A stretch of DNA of 64,000 nt from the NCBI GenBank assembly GCA_016188475.1, contig JACPHT010000006.1:2330-66329 (forward strand), given 5' to 3'. The first letter of the stretch is position 1. Every line of letters starts with the position of its first letter. Made by a program: the position numbers and the translations under genes. Shown piece by piece: positions 63,393-64,000 of this stretch. The notes below the pieces were generated by a model that did not search any database, was not told where the DNA came from, and saw only the letters and a list, made by a program, of their open reading frames with translations. This DNA is from Candidatus Uhrbacteria bacterium (GTDB taxonomy: Bacteria; Patescibacteriota; Patescibacteriia; UBA9934; GWF2-40-263).

Positions 63393-64000
63393 ATGTCAGA
63401 GAGGGTCATGGATTCAGCTGATCTCGGGTTCCTGGTCAAGATGGTCAAAGATGGTGTCCTAAAACCGACTGACATGGGCAAAGAACATGTGTTCAAGGCC
63501 TTCTGTACCGACCTTACTGCCAAACCTTCAATCATCGTCTGCTGTAGCGAGTACGTTTCGCAAGAGAAATTCGCGGAAGGTTCAATCGTGATCGCTGTGC
63601 TCGGAGGCGCGGTGAGGCTTGCCGATGGAAACATGATGAGTGTTCACAGTGATACAGCACCCTCGTTTTTGCGACGACAGATCAAGGAAGCAACAAAGAG
63701 CTGGCCTCATCTTCATGTCGTCCTGATTGTGGATGCTCCTTGCAGCGCACTCGACACCGAAGGTCCGCTGGATGTCGTTCAACAGATTCGCGACATGATC
63801 AGTGGATTGGAAGTTTCCGACCTCGACACAAAAACCGAAGTTTCTTGCTTCCTTCGCATCAACACATCAGCGGGCGGCACTTACTACAGAATTGAACAGG
63901 GTCTCTGGACGCTGTGGTACTCGAACTACGAGGTCGACGTTCTCGGACATGAAGACGATCCTGATCCTGGAGCGGCTGTCGCTGGCGACGATTGCGTCAC
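63393..64000 (+). CDS. Hypothetical protein, degenerate beta-carbonic-anhydrase-like (partial, not in ORF track)
   Basis: Open to the window end; IVCCSE..LGGA..VVLIVDAPC; AAGGGGAG RBS. Confidence 0.65.
   Translation, partial: MSERVMDSADLGFLVKMVKDGVLKPTDMGKEHVFKAFCTDLTAKPSIIVCCSEYVSQEKFAEGSIVIAVLGGAVRLADGNMMSVHSDTAPSFLRRQIKEATKSWPHLHVVLIVDAPCSALDTEGPLDVVQQIRDMISGLEVSDLDTKTEVSCFLRINTSAGGTYYRIEQGLWTLWYSNYEVDVLGHEDDPDPGAAVAGDDCV

Overview
Bacterial chromosomal window read in code 11. The reduced gene set, mostly SD-less core genes, palindrome-rich spacers and intron-bearing tRNA-Asn suggest Patescibacteria/CPR (inference). Core genes: dnaG end, rpoD, ECF sigma/anti-sigma, DEAD-box helicase, ppaC-like, csp, htrA, pepA, ahpC, sod, rsmI, metG, cvpA, tatD and a complete F1Fo operon. 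Main accessory observations: (1) At 7.05-7.8 kb a promoter is followed by a dead copy of the tRNA-Asn 5' half containing three palindromic insertions, then a small GIY-YIG nuclease whose stop codon lies inside an intact tRNA-Asn(GTT) that carries a group I intron. (2) Directly after it is a 5.4-kb integrase-less defence island bounded by 190-bp near-perfect inverted repeats. (3) Several families of nested palindromic elements occur, with conserved cores inside locus-specific inverted arms, plus two copies of a ~160-nt covarying structured motif. (4) A TA-duplicating MITE supplies a new start codon to the gene it interrupts. (5) A ~4,000-aa repeat surface protein sits next to a miniature paralog. 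(6) A CsoSCA-like carbonic anhydrase is followed by a degenerate CA-like ORF. All family assignments come from reading motifs; no database searches were run.
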